From: Podarcis liolepis | Taxonomy: Eukaryota | Direction: 5' to 3' (one strand) | Assembly: GCA_965112155.1 (NCBI GenBank) | Contig: OZ218104.1 | DNA length: 64,000 nt | Part shown: piece by piece, positions 60,323-64,000 of the stretch | How positions within the stretch are numbered: the stretch's first letter is position 1 | Layout of the letters: the number at the start of each line of letters is the position of its first letter | The notes under the pieces: generated by a model | Databases searched by the model: none | The model's input: only the letters and a program-made list of their open reading frames with translations | What the model was told of the DNA's origin: nothing | Program-made: the position numbers and the translations under genes

Positions 60323-63185
60323 CAAGCAAAGCAACCATTACAGAAGATGGATGTTGTCTTCCTTTGTGGCAACTCTGGGTTTACTCAGCTAATTAGCCTT
60401 CCTGATAATGGATGGCTCCCTTCCGATTTTGACAAAAGTGGCCATGTCTCAAATGTTCTTCTCAGGGGCCGCCTTGTTTTCTACCATGTGAAATCTGCTG
60501 TACCAAGTAGGGCTATCCTGGCTTTCGTATAGACATAAACTGAACCTTCCAGGTAGAGTCTACCATGGGACATCTTCTGGGCCAATGAAATGGCTGGTTC
60601 ACAGACATTCAGTCATCCAAGTGTCAGAGGGTGACTAGTTGATTGGGGAGGGGCATTTGTTGGTCTTCTTTTTGTGTTAGGCCTTGCAGGTGAGGATGGG
60701 TAGCAGCAACCACCTGATGAGGAGGAGGAACGGGCACCTCTACCAGCTTGGCACTATGCAGGAGTTGGCCTTGCTTTCTGGAAGATGATTTGTATCCTAG
60801 TGCAGAAGACACAGAGGAAAGTGTTTTTGTTTTCAGTGGGAAGAAACTCACTGTTGTGGCTTCTATTCCCAGATAGCAACATGGTGACGTTATATGACAT
60901 TCATATATTATTTTTTCTTTCCTTTTCTGCACAACTCCCTGGTTTACAGGAAGTCTGAGTAGGATAGCAAAACTGCGAGCCATATACAGTCATGTTGGAC
61001 TAAAAACAGAGTTCCTGTCACAAGCGGGCATTTTAGGGAATATCGACCACTGCCGAAGTAAGCTTGTCAAGCAGGCCTCCTCGCTGATAGAGTTTGGTTG
61101 GTGTGGCTTAAGTACTTTTCAATTATTTCTTGCATGTTGTTTTCCTTGATGGCAACTGTCACTGGAAACTGTCCCTGAAGGCTTTGTGCCGTATTACGGA
61201 GTTCACCTTCACTGTATAATGTAACCACTAGCACTTGATCTGAAAAAGACTTTTGCACTTCCAACTTGATAGCTTTTTTGGAATTGAAGATCCACAGCAA
61301 AGTACATGCTTCCCTCCTACAAACTGCTCAGGGTTAACCCCCCCCCCCCCACTGGCTGCCATTTAAGTTTCTGGTTCTGGGACACCTTTCTATAGACCAA
61401 AGGCAGCAAACATGGTGCCCCCAGATATATTTGGACTAGAGCTCCCAACATCCCTGACCATTTGCTGGCTTGGGCTGATGGGAGGTGGAGTCCAATAACA
61501 TTAGCCATCCCTGCCAAAGACATCCTAAAGAAGGTGTCACTTAATTTGTTCACCAATTCATCAAAACTCTGTCTCCTGATCATTTTCTGAAGTGTCATTT
61601 TTTTTTCATCAAAAGCAAGACACTGGTACACTGGGCTGTCAAGAAACTGGTGGCATGTCTGTGGCTGTTAACTTTTGTTTGATGTACATTCCAATGCATA
61701 TAGGGCCCCCTCCCTGCCATACTGGATAACAATTGGTCCTCTTGGGTTCAGTGTCTGTCCCCCTGCTTAACCCCACTATGTAGAATGATGCGTTAAGTCA
61801 TAAAACACTGTTTACTATTCTCTTTTTAAGATGTCAGATATTTTATATATGTATCTTTAAGTATGGCTGTATTGCCCAATCTCTATCCTGGATTCTTTGT
61901 TTTGCTTTCCTGTCCCCTTGTGTTAATTTATTGCAATCTTAAATCCTGTATAGTCTGAAAAGGCAAGCTGGATCTTCTGCATCTGTTGCTGAGGCAGTGT
62001 CTAAAAGTTAAAAGTAGGAATCTCACCTGAATCTCACAGAAGGATATGCCTGTTGAGCTGCCTTGGGAAGAGGTCTTTATCCATTTCTGAACTAAGACAA
62101 AGGGCAGGGGTGTCTTAAAATGTTTATCTGGAGCAACTTCTTGCATAGAAGTGTTGGCTTCAATAAGAATATGGCAGCTCCCGCTTTGTAGCATCCAACA
62201 TCCCAACCAACAGGATGTTGGGCAACCTGATTTTTCTCGGTCTCCAGTGAACTGTTCTTGATAAAGCTGTGAAAAGGAGATCTGTATCTGTCGGTTTGAT
62301 GTCAACCAGCATGTAATATGGAGAGCTTACTTCCCCACTGCCAAACTGGCCAAAGTTGAACGAACAGCAAGAGCGCAAGTAGGAAATTTGGGAATACATT
62401 TAGTAGTATTAAAAGTGGTTTGTTTGTTGTTGTTTTTCAAATTAAAAGAAAAACATGAGACCATATTGTGTGTGCAATAAGAGTGCTCCTTGAACCCTTT
62501 GTTACATATTCTGTGCTTGAAATGAAAAAGCAGGTTCTGGGAAGTGAGGGGGAAACTGCCTTGTGTTTCACAACTGGTGTGGCCAGGCTTTTGAGGGCTC
62601 CTTTGCTTATTTAACTGGTGCCCCAACAGCTATTAACCCAGATCCGGCTTCATAAAGAACATACTGTATATGACAACCAAAGCACAGCTGCCCTTTGAAA
62701 GTTGCACTTCTCCAAATGCTGCAATGCAGTTCATCAATCAAGTAACGGGTACAAAAACATATATGCCAGGGCAAGCGGTATGTGTATTATTAATGATAAT
62801 ACTATACAAAAAAGCCTTACGTTGGGGAAAATTGCTTTGGAAATGTGTGTATAGTAAGCAAAAATGTATAGCTGGAAATATGCTGATGAATACTCAATAT
62901 GACTTCTTAATAATAATCCCAAACTGATGAGACAATGTAGGAAATGGAACATGATTGGAAACAATGAGAAACAGAAATTGACAAACCTTCCTACCCCATT
63001 TGCAACATACATAAATTATAGGCAGCTCACAACTTCATTCTACCTCAAGAGCAAAACATAAAACAGACGGCTGCATTTCCCCATGACTTGCCTGCCAGGG
63101 GCTGCATGCCAGTGGGTGGGGTCAGAGACCAAAAGGGTAGGACAAATGGAAATGCTGCTTTCATTTGTACACTGGGCTGTACATT

Positions 63186-63325
63186 CCAGCCAAGGTGGTG
63201 TAGTGGTTACGAGTGCTGGACTAGGACCCGGGAGACCAGAGTTCAAATCCCCACTGACCCTTGAGCCAGTCACTGCCTCTCAGCATAACCTATTTTACAG
63301 TGGTGTTGTGGGGAGTAAGTGAGGA
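63186..63325 (+). mobile_element. MIR/Squam3-type SINE fragment
   Basis: GGTGGTGTAGTGGTTACGAGTGCTGGACTAG...GAGTTCAAATCCCC head plus TGACCCTTGAGCCAGTCAC core. Confidence 0.7.
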
Positions 63326-63469
63326 CGGAAGAGCCCTTACAAGTTTTGCTCTAGATTTCTGCTAACGAGTCTGGCATCCTCTCTTCATTTGCTTCCAAGA
63401 TTATACTGCCCGCCATTTGCTTGCTGTTATTCTGCCTTGGATTTTGACAAGCTGGAACCGGTGCAGAAA

Positions 63470-63955
63470 TAATAAATTTTTATTTATACTCTGCCCTTCC
63501 CAGTTTAAAAACTGGGCTCAGGGTGGCTAACAGCAAATATAAAACATTGATTAAAACGCAACTTTAAAACAGCATAAAATACAACATAAAATGCAGCATC
63601 AATATCAATAAAATTCAAAAATTCAGGGGTCATTTGAGGGGGGGACCGCAGTCAGTAGACATCAAGTGATCACCAGGGCTATCTGGCCAAGTTAATCCTA
63701 CTAGGGACAGCAAGGTGACCAGGGAATAATTTAAATGTGGGGTCCCAGAAAGGGTTTCTTCATAGAAGAGGAAAGAGGGAAAGGGAATAGAGGATCAGGC
63801 TAATTCAAATTGAAGGCCAGGTGGAATGGCTCAGTCTTACAGGCCCTGCAGAAGGAGATCAAGTCCTGCAGGGCCCTAGTCTCGTGGGACAGAGCATTCC
63901 ACCAGGTTGTAGCCATCACTGAAAAAGCCTGGGCCCTGGTGAAGGATAGTCTGGA
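63470..63955 (-). mobile_element. L2 LINE 3' portion
   Basis: TTTATACTCTGCCC...CTCAGGGTGGCTAACA terminus; minus-strand ORF2 tail RAQAFSVMATTWWNALSHETRAL. Confidence 0.75.
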
Positions 63956-64000
63956 AGAAGAGGGTGGCCAAGTTGATAAACGAAATGAAACCTTATGAGG

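Noticed and set aside
60323-62450. Poly(A) sites for GJA4 (and for GJB3 near 39900)
   Set aside because: Only non-canonical candidates (e.g. ATTAAA at 62408) were seen; not enough to call.
763-63998. The remaining short ORFs in the track
   Set aside because: No recognisable protein similarity; most overlap repeats or use non-ATG starts.

Overview
Vertebrate genomic DNA. The repeat content (Sauria SINE, Squam3-type SINE with (CTT)n tail, BovB, CR1, L2) points to a squamate, most likely a lacertid lizard. The window holds the conserved connexin cluster, all on the + strand with single coding exons: a divergent GJB4/GJB5-like gene (5231-5947), GJB3/Cx31 (37525-38328) and GJA4/Cx37 (59264-60322). 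Each is preceded by a clear splice acceptor, so non-coding first exons lie upstream. The rest is TE-rich intergenic or intronic DNA: five Sauria SINEs, a young 5'-truncated CR1, several L1-clade 3' ends with TSDs, a decayed hAT transposase just behind the first connexin, a decayed Gypsy LTR/PBS/gag relic, and many Tigger/Tc2/hAT MITEs. The most unusual object is a 1412-bp non-autonomous hAT element (57280-58691; perfect 15-bp TIRs, perfect 8-bp TSD) just upstream of the GJA4 coding exon. Its interior is a CpG island that looks like a captured host promoter, first exon and intron start (a Pack-type transduplication), with sense splice donors facing the GJA4 acceptor. Also notable: the lizard Cx31 has canonical C-x4-C spacing in loop 2, unlike mammalian Cx31, and the GJB4/5-like gene has lost several conserved Arg residues and Asp66 by CpG-type changes. 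All family calls come from recognition by eye; no database searches were run.
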